Shown piece by piece: positions 45,499-56,886 of a DNA stretch of 56,968 bases. The stretch is from Luteolibacter sp. (lineage in GTDB: Bacteria; Verrucomicrobiota; Verrucomicrobiia; Verrucomicrobiales; Akkermansiaceae). A program made the position numbers and the translations under genes. The notes under the pieces were generated by a model. It was not told where the DNA came from. It saw only the letters and a list, made by a program, of their open reading frames with translations, and did no database searches. The stretch lies in assembly GCA_049430545.1 (NCBI GenBank), contig JBMTCD010000001.1, positions 1 to 56,968 on the forward strand. Reading direction: 5' to 3'. Each line of letters begins with the position of its first letter. Within the stretch, counting starts at the first letter, position 1.

Positions 45499-46731
45499 AT
45501 GGCCGCCATCAACTCGAATTTCCTCAAGCTCAAAGCCGGATACCTGTTTCCCGAAATCGCCCGCCGGGTGAAAGCCTACTCCGAGGCGCATCCCGACATG
45601 GCCGCGCGCATCATCCGCTGCGGCATCGGCGATGTCACCGAGCCGCTCCCGCCCGCCGTGGTCAGGGCCATGCACGAAGGGGTGGATGAAATGGCCAACC
45701 GCCAGACCTTCAAGGGCTACGGACCGGAACAGGGATACGAATTCCTGCGTCAAGCCATCGTGGACCACCAGTTCGCCGGGCTCGGCATCGCGGCCGACGA
45801 GGTGTTCGTTTCCGACGGCTCGAAGTGCGACACCGGCAACATCCTCGACATTTTCGGCAAGGGCAACGTCATCGCCATCACCGACCCGGTCTATCCGGTC
45901 TATGTCGATACCAACGTGATGGCCGGCAACACCGGCGAGGCGGATGACAAGGGCGCCTACGCCGGATTGCTGTATCTCCCCTGCAACGCCGAAAACGGCT
46001 TCGTCGCCGCCGTCCCGGAAACCAGGGCGGATCTGATCTATCTCTGCTTCCCGAACAACCCGACGGGAGCCGTGGCCACCCGCGCGCAGCTCGAGGCGTG
46101 GGTGAAGTATGCCAAGGAAAACGACGCCATCATTCTCTTCGATGCCGCCTACGAGGCCTTCATTCAGGATCCCTCCATCCCCCGTTCCATCTTCGAAATC
46201 GACGGCGCGAAGGACTGCGCGATCGAATTCCGCTCGTTCTCCAAGAACGGCGGCTTCACCGGCGTGCGCTGTGCCTATGTGGTCATACCCAAGACCGTCA
46301 CCGGCATGGCGGAGGACGGCAGCCGCGTGCCATTGCACCAGCTCTGGAGCCGCCGCCACAGCACCAAGTTCAACGGTGCCAGCTATCCCGTGCAGAAAGC
46401 CGCCGCCGCCGTGTTTTCCGAGCAGGGGAAACAGGAAGTCGCCGCGCTCATCGGGCACTACATGGGCAACGCAAAACTGCTGCGCGAGGCCTGCACCGAG
46501 CTCGGCCTGCCGGTCTTCGGCGGCGAGAATGCGCCCTACGTCTGGGTCGGCTGCCCCGCCGGGCTGGGCTCGTGGGAAATGTTCGACAAGATGCTCAACG
46601 AGGCCCAGGTCGTCATCACTCCCGGCTCCGGTTTCGGCTCCGCCGGCGAAGGCTACTTCCGCATCTCCGCCTTCAACTCGCGCGCAAACGTCGAGGAAGT
46701 CTGCCGGCGCTTGAAGGCGCTGGTGGCCTGA
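45499..46731 (+). CDS. dapL: LL-diaminopimelate aminotransferase
   Basis: [46 protein letters not shown]. Confidence 0.96.
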   Translation: MAAINSNFLKLKAGYLFPEIARRVKAYSEAHPDMAARIIRCGIGDVTEPLPPAVVRAMHEGVDEMANRQTFKGYGPEQGYEFLRQAIVDHQFAGLGIAADEVFVSDGSKCDTGNILDIFGKGNVIAITDPVYPVYVDTNVMAGNTGEADDKGAYAGLLYLPCNAENGFVAAVPETRADLIYLCFPNNPTGAVATRAQLEAWVKYAKENDAIILFDAAYEAFIQDPSIPRSIFEIDGAKDCAIEFRSFSKNGGFTGVRCAYVVIPKTVTGMAEDGSRVPLHQLWSRRHSTKFNGASYPVQKAAAAVFSEQGKQEVAALIGHYMGNAKLLREACTELGLPVFGGENAPYVWVGCPAGLGSWEMFDKMLNEAQVVITPGSGFGSAGEGYFRISAFNSRANVEEVCRRLKALVA

Positions 46732-46826
46732 CAACGGGATGGGTTGAGCGGCGGTCACGCCACAAATATGCCGCGCCGCGCGGGTTTCCGATGAGTGCCG
46801 AGTCCCGGCCCGCCGGTTACGCATGC

Positions 46827-48119
46827 TCAATCCCGGAAGCCGTGACGGTCCGCGAAGTCCAGGTAGCGTTCCCAGTCGAAAAGCTTCACGTCGTGCTTTC
46901 CGGCCCGGAGGTGATAGCCGATGTCCTCACCCACCGGATGATCGATCGCGGGCTGTGCCTCGACACCGACGCCTTTTTTCCCGAAAAGTGCATAAACGGG
47001 TCCTGCGTGCATAGCTGAAAGAAACTCGCCCTTGGGATCCGCCCACCGGTCCTCCGCCGCGCTGGCCACGTAGGCCGGTCCCGGCGCGGCCAGGGCGATC
47101 AGCATGTGCTGGTCCACCGGGCATGCGGATGCGTCCTCCTTGTGGCTGCGATACTTCGGCGCAAACCAGTGGGGAAAAACGCGCGTGATCACCTCGGTCG
47201 TTTCACCGAAATTCCGCCGCATCAACGCCGCACCACCCTCGCCGGAGTTGTTGGAAACCACCATGGCAAACCGCTCGTCCTGGGCACCCGCCCAGAGGGC
47301 GGTTTTCCCCAAACGTGAGTGTCCGATCACGGCGCAGCGCGTCTCATCCACGTCGGCGTCGGTGCCGAGGTAGTCCAGCATCCGGCTCAAACCCCACGCC
47401 CATGCCCCGATGGCCCCCCAGTCGCTCTCACCCCACACCGTGTCCTTGCCCGCGGGACTGAGGGCGGCTCGGACTCCATCCTTCCAGCCCTCGGCATGGT
47501 CCGGCTCGATGTCCCCATAATAGGCCGTCGCGACCGCATAGCCGCGTTTCAAGATCGCCTCCAATGGCCAGCGCGAACTCTCGATTCCACGGCTGGCTTC
47601 GGTGGCGCGATGGTCCACAATGCCCTTTTCCCGGTCGGGGCTCATCCAGCGGGTGGAGAGCGGCACGTCGGCCTCGGTGGACACGGCATGATTGCCCCTG
47701 AAGCTCAGTCCCACGAAGCAGGGTGCGGGCGAGGTTTTCCCATTCGGCACATAAAGCATCAACTCAATGCCTGCCCATCCGGGTTGCTCCTTGAGGGTGA
47801 TCCGGACCTGCTTTCGCGTGGCCAGGCCACCGAGCGCCGCGGGCTTGGTCTCAATCGGCGTGAACCGCACCGTGCCCCACCCGGCCGGCGTGTTGCCATA
47901 CACATGGTCACGGAACAACGCCAGCACCTCCGGCCGGCGCTTCGCGACCCACAGTCCGGAAGTGCCAACCGCCGTTCCATCCGCCATCCGCAAGGGGTCG
48001 GGCAGTTGGAATGTCCCGACCTTCGCTTCATCGTAGTTGGCCAGACTTTGCCGTGCTTCGGCGAGGCCATCGACCAAGGGCACGATCATCAGGACGAGGA
48101 TGCTGGAAATGCTTCGCAT
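46827..48119 (-). CDS. CE15 (glucuronoyl esterase-like) carbohydrate esterase, exported
   Basis: AWAWGLSR, GHSRLGKTALWAGA, PVDQH.LIAL, EDRWADPKGEF, GKHD; start approximate. Confidence 0.85.
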   Translation of the reverse strand: MRSISSILVLMIVPLVDGLAEARQSLANYDEAKVGTFQLPDPLRMADGTAVGTSGLWVAKRRPEVLALFRDHVYGNTPAGWGTVRFTPIETKPAALGGLATRKQVRITLKEQPGWAGIELMLYVPNGKTSPAPCFVGLSFRGNHAVSTEADVPLSTRWMSPDREKGIVDHRATEASRGIESSRWPLEAILKRGYAVATAYYGDIEPDHAEGWKDGVRAALSPAGKDTVWGESDWGAIGAWAWGLSRMLDYLGTDADVDETRCAVIGHSRLGKTALWAGAQDERFAMVVSNNSGEGGAALMRRNFGETTEVITRVFPHWFAPKYRSHKEDASACPVDQHMLIALAAPGPAYVASAAEDRWADPKGEFLSAMHAGPVYALFGKKGVGVEAQPAIDHPVGEDIGYHLRAGKHDVKLFDWERYLDFADRHGFRD

Positions 48120-48292
48120 GCGGATCAGCAAATCCAATAAGCTCCCCGGGATCAAGAATCCGATTGAAGGACTGTCCGGCCATTTGCGGCAGAAAACGTG
48201 ATTGTCGCCGTGCGCTGCGGCGGCTAGGCTGCGGGCCGTTCGCGGTGCAGCCGCCGCGGCTCAGCCATCGCCAATTTTCCCCACACAATCCC

Positions 48293-49123
<831 letters not shown>

Positions 49124-49153
49124 CCGGGGCGGGATGCCGGTGGCGAATGCGCG

Positions 49154-51841
49154 CTACTCCAACAAGCTGCGCACCATCTCCGGGCTGAGTTTTTGGGCAA
49201 GGTCCGCATCCGCGAGCAAACCGGCGGCGAGCTGGGCTTTTTGCTGCTGCATCTGGTGGATGCGTTGCTCGACGGTGTCCTGGCAGAGGAGCTTGTGGAC
49301 GAAGACCGGGTTTTTCTGGCCGATGCGGTAGGCGCGGTCGGTGGCCTGGGCCTCGGCGGCGGGGTTCCACCACGGGTCGTAGTGGATCACCGTGTCGGCG
49401 GCGGTCAGATTGAGGCCGGTGCCGCCGGCCTTCAGCGAGATGAGGAAGAGCGGGATTTTTCCGGTTTGGAAATCCTCGACGAGCTTGCCGCGGTCCTTGG
49501 AGGAACCTGTCAGTTTCAGATAAGGGATTTGTTGTTTCACCAGATGAGCCTCGATGAGCGCGAGCATGGTGGTGAACTGGGAGAAGACGAGGATGCGGCG
49601 GCCTTCCTCGATGAGCACGGCGAGCAACTCTGTTAGAAAGTCGAGTTTCGCGGATTCGTGGATGGTGTTGGCGAACTCGTCGGGCAGCAGCCGCGGATCG
49701 CAGCAGATCTGGCGGAGCTTGAGCAGGGCATCGAGGAAGACCATCTGGAACTGGTCCATGCCGCGTGCGGCGATGGCCTCGCGGACGCGTTTGTTCATGG
49801 TGGCCCTGACGGTTTCGTAGAGATCCTTCTGCGCGGTGTGCAGCTCGATGAGGTGGACGAGTTCGGTCTTCGGCGGCAGTTCCCTGGCCACCTGATCCTT
49901 GGTGCGGCGGAGGATGAGCGGGGCGAGGCGTTGCTTGAGCGCTTCGTTGCGCTCGGGGTCGGCGTGGTTTTCGATGGGCTTGCGGAAGTTGTTGGAAAAC
50001 TGCTCCTCGCTGCCGAGGAAGCCGGGGATGAGGAATTTCATCAGGCTCCAGAGTTCGCCGAGGTGGTTCTCGACCGGTGTGCCGGAGAGGCAGAGGCGGT
50101 GGCGTGCCTCGAGCTTGCAGGCGGCCTGCGCGACCTTGGCATGCGGGTTCTTGATGTTCTGTGCTTCGTCGAGCACGACGAGGTGGAAGGGATAAGAGCG
50201 GAGTTTCTCGATATCGCGGTGGAGCAGCGCGTAGGAGGTGAGGACGAGGTCGGCGTGCGGGATCGAGCGGAAATATTTGCGGCGCTCGGGACCGTTGAGC
50301 ACGAGCACGCGGAGGTCGGGCGTGAATTTCCTCGCTTCGGCCAGCCAGTTGGGCACGACCGAGGTGGGGGAGACGACCAGCGCCGGCTTGCCCCGGGCGT
50401 GGCCGGATTGTTTTTCGGTTAGAATGTGGGTGAGGGTTTGCAGCGTTTTGCCAAGGCCCATGTCATCGGCGAGGACGCCGTGCAGCCCATGGCGGGCGAG
50501 GAACTGCATCCAGCGGAAACCGGCGAGCTGATAGTCGCGCAGCGTGGCGTTGAGCCCGGCAGGCGTGGCGACGGCCTCGATGCCGTGGAAGTCGCGCAGC
50601 TTCGATGACAGCTCGGAGAGTTCCGGCGGCGGCTCGATGCCCAGGCCGGCGAGCGAAACGGCGTCGAGCGCGTGGAGCTTGGTTTTGCCGGGAAACTTCG
50701 GATCAATCAGTGCGGCGAGGTGGTGGAGGATGCGGCGCACGCGGCCGGCCGGGAGCTTGAGCGCGTCGCCATTCGGCAGCGGCGCGTAGACGAAGGCGGT
50801 GTCCGGGCAATGCAGGGTTTCCTCCAGGAAATCGCCCTCCAACAAACGGGCGAGGATCGGCAGCAGGTCGTGGCGCTCGCCGCCGACATCGAAGCCGACC
50901 GACAGGCTGAACCAACCGCCGCCCGAGGCGGTTAGAGAGCTGTCCCAGCGATCCGGACCGGCATCGAAGACGCGGTGGCCGACGTTGTCGTCGATGGTGA
51001 TGCTCCAGCCGAGGGCTTCGAGGCGCTCGACCATTTCGCCGCGGAACTGGTGCCAGAAGTGGTCGGTATCGATGCGCGAGGGATCGGGAAACCAGCGGTC
51101 GCGCGAGGCGGCGTGTTGGTTTTCCCGCGATTTCAAGTTGAGCAGGAAGCGCCAGGCGGAGTTCGACTGGAGGGACGAGAGGCCGGTTTCGGAAAGCTGT
51201 CGCGCGGCGGTGTTTTCCGCGGCGGCGGAGTGTTCGAGGACGGCGCGGCGGCCATCGGGCAGGACCAGCTCGCTGGTCCACCCCGGCATCGAGCCGCGGA
51301 GCGGGCCACGATGGCCGTCGTAGTTCACGGTGGCCTCGGCGAAGATCCAGCGGTCCACATCCGGCTGGCCGAGCGATTGGAGCAGCAGTTTCGACGCGCG
51401 GTCGACCGGTTCGCGCACGATATGGAGTTCGAAAACCGGCTCGGCGGAGACGCGCGGCAGGTTCGGGACCGGCGCGGGCGCGGGCTCTTGTTTCAACTCG
51501 GCGGCGACGGCGGCCTTGACGCTGTTTCCCGCCAGCCGCGCGGGGTCGCGTTCCTTTTCCGCCTTGATCAGCAGCGCGGCGGCGTGATGGCAGAAGTTTC
51601 CGACCTCGCACGAGCAGGAGGTTTCGAAGTCCCACGCGCCGCCGGCCGACCAGAAAACGACCTCGGTGTCCTCGCCCGCGACGTTGGCGGTGAGACCGAA
51701 GGAGCCGCGGGCGGTTTCCTCAAGTCGCGGCTCGCGCACTTTGGAAACGAAGGCCCGCGCGGCGGCGAGCACCTCGTCCTCGAAGCGGTTCCTCCACACT
51801 GCGGAGTGGAGGAAATCGGCGGCTTGCGGTTCAGGCGGCAC
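49154..51841 (-). CDS. SWIM zinc finger SNF2/RAD54-family helicase
   Basis: CSCEVGNFCHH, LADDMGLGKT, LDEAQ, SGTPVEN, DPWWNPA, RAYRIGQ; start approximate. Confidence 0.92.
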   Translation of the reverse strand: MPPEPQAADFLHSAVWRNRFEDEVLAAARAFVSKVREPRLEETARGSFGLTANVAGEDTEVVFWSAGGAWDFETSCSCEVGNFCHHAAALLIKAEKERDPARLAGNSVKAAVAAELKQEPAPAPVPNLPRVSAEPVFELHIVREPVDRASKLLLQSLGQPDVDRWIFAEATVNYDGHRGPLRGSMPGWTSELVLPDGRRAVLEHSAAAENTAARQLSETGLSSLQSNSAWRFLLNLKSRENQHAASRDRWFPDPSRIDTDHFWHQFRGEMVERLEALGWSITIDDNVGHRVFDAGPDRWDSSLTASGGGWFSLSVGFDVGGERHDLLPILARLLEGDFLEETLHCPDTAFVYAPLPNGDALKLPAGRVRRILHHLAALIDPKFPGKTKLHALDAVSLAGLGIEPPPELSELSSKLRDFHGIEAVATPAGLNATLRDYQLAGFRWMQFLARHGLHGVLADDMGLGKTLQTLTHILTEKQSGHARGKPALVVSPTSVVPNWLAEARKFTPDLRVLVLNGPERRKYFRSIPHADLVLTSYALLHRDIEKLRSYPFHLVVLDEAQNIKNPHAKVAQAACKLEARHRLCLSGTPVENHLGELWSLMKFLIPGFLGSEEQFSNNFRKPIENHADPERNEALKQRLAPLILRRTKDQVARELPPKTELVHLIELHTAQKDLYETVRATMNKRVREAIAARGMDQFQMVFLDALLKLRQICCDPRLLPDEFANTIHESAKLDFLTELLAVLIEEGRRILVFSQFTTMLALIEAHLVKQQIPYLKLTGSSKDRGKLVEDFQTGKIPLFLISLKAGGTGLNLTAADTVIHYDPWWNPAAEAQATDRAYRIGQKNPVFVHKLLCQDTVEQRIHQMQQQKAQLAAGLLADADLAQKLSPEMVRSLLE

Positions 51842-52140
51842 GGCGCGGCAGGTTCGGGAATGGGTGCCGTGGCCGTCAAGGATTGGTGGATCTTGGGAAA
51901 AAGCGGGTGGCGGCACGGGATCGCTGGCCTGCCTGTGCCGGGGATGCCCGCCGGCCGTTCCTCCGCCGCTTGGAACGGAACGCCAGCCACGCCATTTGCC
52001 GATGGTTCGCAGTCCCATGGGGCATCAGTGGTTTGTGGTCTCCCGCAACGGAAGCTGAGCCGGAAAGCAATCGTTGATCTCCGGCAGCGGCACTCCTACG
52101 CTGGGCGCGGGAATCCATGGCCGCAGACACCGCCACCATA

Positions 52141-53178
52141 ATGAAAGCCTTCGTCCTCCACGGCGCGAAGGATATCCGCCCCGAAGAGGTGCCCAAGCCC
52201 GTGCCCGGCCCCGGCGAGGTGCTCGTCGCCGTCCGCGCCGCCGGCATCTGCGGCAGTGATCTCCACTACTACGCCCATGGGAGATGCGGGAATTTCATTC
52301 CCACCCGTCCGTTCATTCTCGGTCACGAGTTTTCCGGCGAAGTGGTCGCCCACGGCGAGGGCGTCGAGGGCCCGGCCATCGGCACGCGGGTGGCCGTCGA
52401 TCCGTCGCGTGCCTGCGGCCGCTGCAAGCAGTGCCGCCAGGGCCGCTATAACCTGTGCCCGAAAATGCTTTATTACGGCACCGCCAGCGTGGTCCCGCCG
52501 CGCGACGGCTGCTACGCCGAATACGTCACCGCCCCCGCCCGCAATTGCTGGCCGCTGCCCGAGGGCTTCGAATACGCATGGGGTGCCTTGCTTGAACCGA
52601 TGAGCGTGGCCATGCACGCCGTGATGCGCAGCGACGGGGTCGGCGGAAAATCCGTGCTCATCACCGGCGGCGGCACCATCGGCCAGATGATCCTGCTCAC
52701 CGCCGCCGCCTTCGGTGCCAGCAAGGTGGTCGTCTCCGACATCAAACCCTTTGCCCGCGAATTCGCCGCCAACCACGGCGCATCCGCCACCCTCGATCCC
52801 GCCAGCCCGTCGGTGGCCGATGACGCCGCGAAACTCTCGCCCGGCGGCTTCGAGGTCGTCTTCGAGGCGGCCGGCGTCGCCCCGGCGCTCGACCAGGCGA
52901 TCCGCCTTGCCGCCCCCGGTGCCACGGTGGTGCAGGTCGGCACCCTGCCCGACGGCACCGCCGTGCCGGTGAATGCGCTGCTCACCAAAGAACTGCAATA
53001 CGTCGGCTCCTGGCGTTTCGCCAATGTCTTCGAGCGCGTCATCGAAATGGTCACCTCCGGCCGCATCGACCCGCGCCCGCTGATCACCAAGATCATGCCT
53101 TTCGAGAAACTAACAGAAGCGATCGAGGCGGCGGGATCGGGCAATGAAGTTCTGAAAATGCAGATCAGCCGGATCTGA
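52141..53178 (+). CDS. zinc-dependent polyol/aldonate dehydrogenase (sorbitol/L-idonate 5-dehydrogenase-like)
   Basis: GICGSDLHY, LGHEFSG, CGRCKQC..GRYNLC, GGGTIG. Confidence 0.88.
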   Translation: MKAFVLHGAKDIRPEEVPKPVPGPGEVLVAVRAAGICGSDLHYYAHGRCGNFIPTRPFILGHEFSGEVVAHGEGVEGPAIGTRVAVDPSRACGRCKQCRQGRYNLCPKMLYYGTASVVPPRDGCYAEYVTAPARNCWPLPEGFEYAWGALLEPMSVAMHAVMRSDGVGGKSVLITGGGTIGQMILLTAAAFGASKVVVSDIKPFAREFAANHGASATLDPASPSVADDAAKLSPGGFEVVFEAAGVAPALDQAIRLAAPGATVVQVGTLPDGTAVPVNALLTKELQYVGSWRFANVFERVIEMVTSGRIDPRPLITKIMPFEKLTEAIEAAGSGNEVLKMQISRI

Positions 53179-53212
53179 CGGACCGGTCGGATCATCAAGA
53201 CAACCCACCACC

Positions 53213-54178
53213 ATGGACTGCACCACCCTCGGCAAAACCCACTTCAAGGTCTCCCGCCTCAGCTTCGGTGCCTCCGCCCTCGGCGGGGTGTTCCACGACA
53301 TCGACGAGGCCGATGGCATCCGCGCCGTGCACGCCGCGCTCGACGCCGGCATCAACTACTTCGACGTCGCCCCCGCCTATGGCGGCACCGTGGCGGAAAC
53401 CGTGCTCGGCAAGGCGCTCAAAGGCATCGCCCGCGACCGCTATTATTTTTCCACCAAGGCTGGCAAATACACCCAGCCCGGTGCCTACGGAGCGGATCAA
53501 CTCGATTACTCCGAAGCCCGCATCCGCAAGTGCCTCGACGAAAGCATGGCCCGCCTCGGCGTGGATTACGTGGACATCGTCCATCTCCACGATTTCGAAT
53601 ACCAACACCGCAGCAAGACCGAGTGGGCCTTTTCCGAAGGTTTTCCCACTCTGGTCAAACTGAAGGAGGAAGGCCGCATCGGCGCGGTCGGTGCGGGCAT
53701 CTATCCACTCGACCTCTGGCAGCGCGTCATCGCCGAGGCTCCGGTGGACGCCATCCTGACCCACAACCACTACTGCCTCAACGACACCCGCGGCACCGAA
53801 CTCGTCGAACCGTGCCGCGTGAAAAACATCGGCATGATCAACGCCTCGCCCTTCGCCAGCGGCGTTCTAACAGGCGGCAAGGTCGCCGATTGGCACCCGG
53901 CCACCGCCGAGGAGCGCACCCTCTTCGCCCAAGCCGCCGCGTTCTGTGAAAGACAAGGCACCTCCATCGCCAAGCTCGCCTTCCAGTTCGCCTGCCAGGA
54001 CACGCCGTTCCACACCACCATGTTCAGCACCGCCCGCACTGCCTCGCTCGAACGCAACCTCTCCTGGTATGGCGAGCCCTGTGACGCTGCACTCGTCGCC
54101 GAAGTCCGCAAGATCCTCGCTCCCGTTCTCGACAAGCAATGGGACTACGACGCGGGCGTGGACCGGCTCGGGTCCTGA
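53213..54178 (+). CDS. aldo/keto reductase, L-galactose/D-threo-aldose dehydrogenase-like
   Basis: SFGASALGGVF, GINYFDVAPAYG, STKAG, HLHD. Confidence 0.85.
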   Translation: MDCTTLGKTHFKVSRLSFGASALGGVFHDIDEADGIRAVHAALDAGINYFDVAPAYGGTVAETVLGKALKGIARDRYYFSTKAGKYTQPGAYGADQLDYSEARIRKCLDESMARLGVDYVDIVHLHDFEYQHRSKTEWAFSEGFPTLVKLKEEGRIGAVGAGIYPLDLWQRVIAEAPVDAILTHNHYCLNDTRGTELVEPCRVKNIGMINASPFASGVLTGGKVADWHPATAEERTLFAQAAAFCERQGTSIAKLAFQFACQDTPFHTTMFSTARTASLERNLSWYGEPCDAALVAEVRKILAPVLDKQWDYDAGVDRLGS

Positions 54179-54288
54179 GCATTCCAACAGCCAATCCCCG
54201 GCGCGAACAGTCCGGTCCCGAAAGACAATCCGCCGACACGCGCAAGGCCGTGCCGACGGATCGCCGGAAGGGGAAATCTTCCCGATAC

Positions 54289-55065
54289 TCAACGCCTGCG
54301 ACGCAGCAGCGCGACCGCGCCAAGCGCGCCCAGCAATGCCGCCGAGGGTTCGGGGATCACCGAGAGTGTCACATCCGCCGCATAACTTGTGTAGGGTGAC
54401 GGGGTGGTGAGGTATTCGGCGCCACCGACCATGATGGTGAAATCACCCGCAGGAAGATTGAAGCTGCCGGTGACGAAACTATCGGCGAGTCCGTCGCCGT
54501 TGATCCCGGCGGCGCTGCCGAAATTCGCGCTCGTGCCGTCGGCGGCGTTGCCCTGATAGACCAGCGACCGCAGGCTGGCGGGAACGGCGACGCCACTGTC
54601 GGAATCTCCTGGAATATTATATATGTCGTCGTTGCCGATGCTCCAGTCGCCCAGCGCGTTGAACGCTCCCTGCTTCGGCTGCGTGCCGCCGAGCGAGGCC
54701 AGATAGGTCAGTGACAGCGCGCTGCTGTCGTGAGCCAGCGCTTCGGGGGGCAGATGGGTGAGTCCGGAGTAAACGGAGAGCGCGGGCAGCAGGATGTTGC
54801 CCGCGCCGGTGCGTTGGACGGAAATCACCACTTCTCCGGGATTGAGCAGCATGAAGCGGAAGGCCCGGTTGCGGTGGCTGTCGCCGAGGTCGTCGTCCGT
54901 CGAATAGGCCCAGCCGAAGGTGCTGGAGATGGTTCCGGACTTCGTGGCGCTCTTGGTTTCATTTCCCGGGCTGAAGGTTCCCAGGTCGCGGTTGGTGTAG
55001 CTGACGTGTGCCGACGCGCAACCGAGGGTGGCGGCGAGCAACAGCGGGATGGTGGTGGTGTTCAT
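54289..55065 (-). CDS. PEP-CTERM sorting domain surface protein
   Basis: signal peptide; C-terminal IPEPSAALLGALGAVALLRRRR. Confidence 0.9.
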   Translation of the reverse strand: MNTTTIPLLLAATLGCASAHVSYTNRDLGTFSPGNETKSATKSGTISSTFGWAYSTDDDLGDSHRNRAFRFMLLNPGEVVISVQRTGAGNILLPALSVYSGLTHLPPEALAHDSSALSLTYLASLGGTQPKQGAFNALGDWSIGNDDIYNIPGDSDSGVAVPASLRSLVYQGNAADGTSANFGSAAGINGDGLADSFVTGSFNLPAGDFTIMVGGAEYLTTPSPYTSYAADVTLSVIPEPSAALLGALGAVALLRRRR

Positions 55066-55107
55066 GGTTTGTCAGATATGTTTGTGTTGTTTTCCAAGGG
55101 AGAGGAG

Positions 55108-55989
55108 TCAGGGCGTGGCCCAGTCATGGGCGAGCCGATAGAAGGCGCTGCCCGCGGGAGGCGAGGGATCGACGAAGGAGACGGTGTCGGCCGTTGTGCC
55201 GGTGACCGATCCGACGGATTGCCAGCCACCGTCGGGCCGGTTGGAGCGAAGGACTCGGAACACGACGCCGCTTTGGCCGCCGCCGGCCCAGATCCCCATG
55301 CGGCTCGGCCAGGTGAGCGTGGCCGAGTTTTCCGTCCGGACGATCCGCGGCTGGAACGAAGGGCCTGCCGTGAAGCGGAAATGATAGATGCGGCTCGGCT
55401 GGTGCCATGGTCCGCCGCCGGGACCGCTGGTGCTGCGGTCCACCAAGCGTATGCCGACGATGTAGTCGCCCGGCTTGTCGGCGGTCCATGCCCGGCCGTG
55501 GATGTGCCCGAGCGGATCCTCGTCGGGATCATCGATTCCCTCGCTGAGCACGAAGGCCACATCCGTCACCGCTTCATTGGCGGGCAGCAGGTGGGTGGGG
55601 GTGGAGGAGGCGGTTTCCCAGAACCCGAAGCGCGAGCCGGGCGGTCCGCTCACGCTGACGATCTCCGCCCAGATCCACGAGCCGGTCGCGGGGTGTTGGT
55701 CGCCCGCAAGTTCATACTGCCCGTCGGACTGGACAATGATCGAGAAGGCGTCTGCGGGAAACAAGGTCCGTGGGGTTTCGTCGAGCATGTAGTGGCCGCC
55801 GCAGCGCTGGCCGACCGGCCTCGCGAGCAGGCGGAAGGCCTTGGTTTCCGGATCGCCGTCGGCGAAACAAAGCGCTTCACCGGCGTCTGGCAGGCCGTTG
55901 GAGTTGGCATCGATGATGCCTGCGGCGAAGTGTTGGTGCGCCACCGCCGGGATCGCCATGGCCAGTGAAAGCAGAAGTTGGATTTTCAT
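55108..55989 (-). CDS. exported His-containing protein with Verrucomicrobia-type FYRL C-terminal domain
   Basis: signal peptide, then HQH; GHIHGRAWTADKPGDY; terminal LTWPS...FYRL domain. Confidence 0.75.
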   Translation of the reverse strand: MKIQLLLSLAMAIPAVAHQHFAAGIIDANSNGLPDAGEALCFADGDPETKAFRLLARPVGQRCGGHYMLDETPRTLFPADAFSIIVQSDGQYELAGDQHPATGSWIWAEIVSVSGPPGSRFGFWETASSTPTHLLPANEAVTDVAFVLSEGIDDPDEDPLGHIHGRAWTADKPGDYIVGIRLVDRSTSGPGGGPWHQPSRIYHFRFTAGPSFQPRIVRTENSATLTWPSRMGIWAGGGQSGVVFRVLRSNRPDGGWQSVGSVTGTTADTVSFVDPSPPAGSAFYRLAHDWATP

Positions 55990-55998
55990 ATATATGTT

Positions 55999-56661
55999 TC
56001 AGGGGTTCGGTGTTGGAGCGGGTTGGATGAAGCGCCCGCCGGGAGCGGCAAGACGCGAGAGCGCCTCGCTGCGACGGAGGCTTTCGACGTGACCGTCGGC
56101 AAAAAGGTAGTTGGAGCTTTGCGCATGGGCTTGCGTGGCCACCTGGCTTTCGAAAGCGGCGGGCGGCATCACGCCGTCGCGGTATCCCGCGAAGTGGAAA
56201 TGATCGCTGTTCCGGTAGGCCGGAGACGCCTCGGCGAACAGGATGGTTTCGGCCGGCCGCTCGATCTTCGCCAGGCGCGAGAAATCCAGATCCGGGGCAC
56301 CCGCCGGATTCGGCGTCAGGAAATCGTTGATCAGATAGGTGTAGGGGCGTTGTTCGTCGGGATCCTTCGGGCACTTGAATGTGATCGTGCCGGAGGCGTA
56401 GGGCTGGAGCGTGAGCGTCCACGACTTGCCCCCCTGGCGGCGCTGGTGGGAGGTGACGGGCAGGGTCATCTGGTTGTCACCCGCATACATCATCGCCGCC
56501 ATGCCGATCTGGCGCAGGTTCGACGCGCAGTTCACCGCATGGCTGCGGGCGTGAAGGTTGCGTCCCACGGACCAGGCGAGGGAGACGAGAACCAGGATGA
56601 TGACAATGGAAACGAGAAGCTCGGGCAGTGTGAACGCCCGGTGGACGCGGGATGAAGGCAT
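55999..56661 (-). CDS. prepilin-type N-terminal / H-X9-DG-CTERM (DUF1559-like) protein
   Basis: RA|FTLPELLVSIVII, CASNLRQIG..MYAGD, FKCP.D, HAQSSNYLFADGHV. Confidence 0.88.
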   Translation of the reverse strand: MPSSRVHRAFTLPELLVSIVIILVLVSLAWSVGRNLHARSHAVNCASNLRQIGMAAMMYAGDNQMTLPVTSHQRRQGGKSWTLTLQPYASGTITFKCPKDPDEQRPYTYLINDFLTPNPAGAPDLDFSRLAKIERPAETILFAEASPAYRNSDHFHFAGYRDGVMPPAAFESQVATQAHAQSSNYLFADGHVESLRRSEALSRLAAPGGRFIQPAPTPNP

Positions 56662-56886
56662 GGTGATGCGGTGTTGAAACGCGGAGTCGGAGCATGCGTC
56701 GCCGGAATGGACGGTCGGAGCCACATCGGTTCCCGCACGGGGAATGGAGGCGTTCCGCCGCACGGCAAATGCGGGCGACGCGTCCCGCCGGTGCCATGCA
56801 GCGGCGCCGGAAAACTCCATCATGGGCCGCAGGCAAGGCCCGGGGCAGCAGGGAGCCATCCCGATGCGGGACGGGAGTCGCGGATT

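Noticed and set aside
46758-46790. GCCACAAATATGCCGCGCC after dapL, reminiscent of a REPIN-like end
   Set aside because: Single short degenerate match with no partner in the window.
56662-56886. Cobalamin or other riboswitch upstream of the pseudopilin/PEP-CTERM cluster
   Set aside because: No B12-box or other recognisable riboswitch consensus found by eye on the minus strand.
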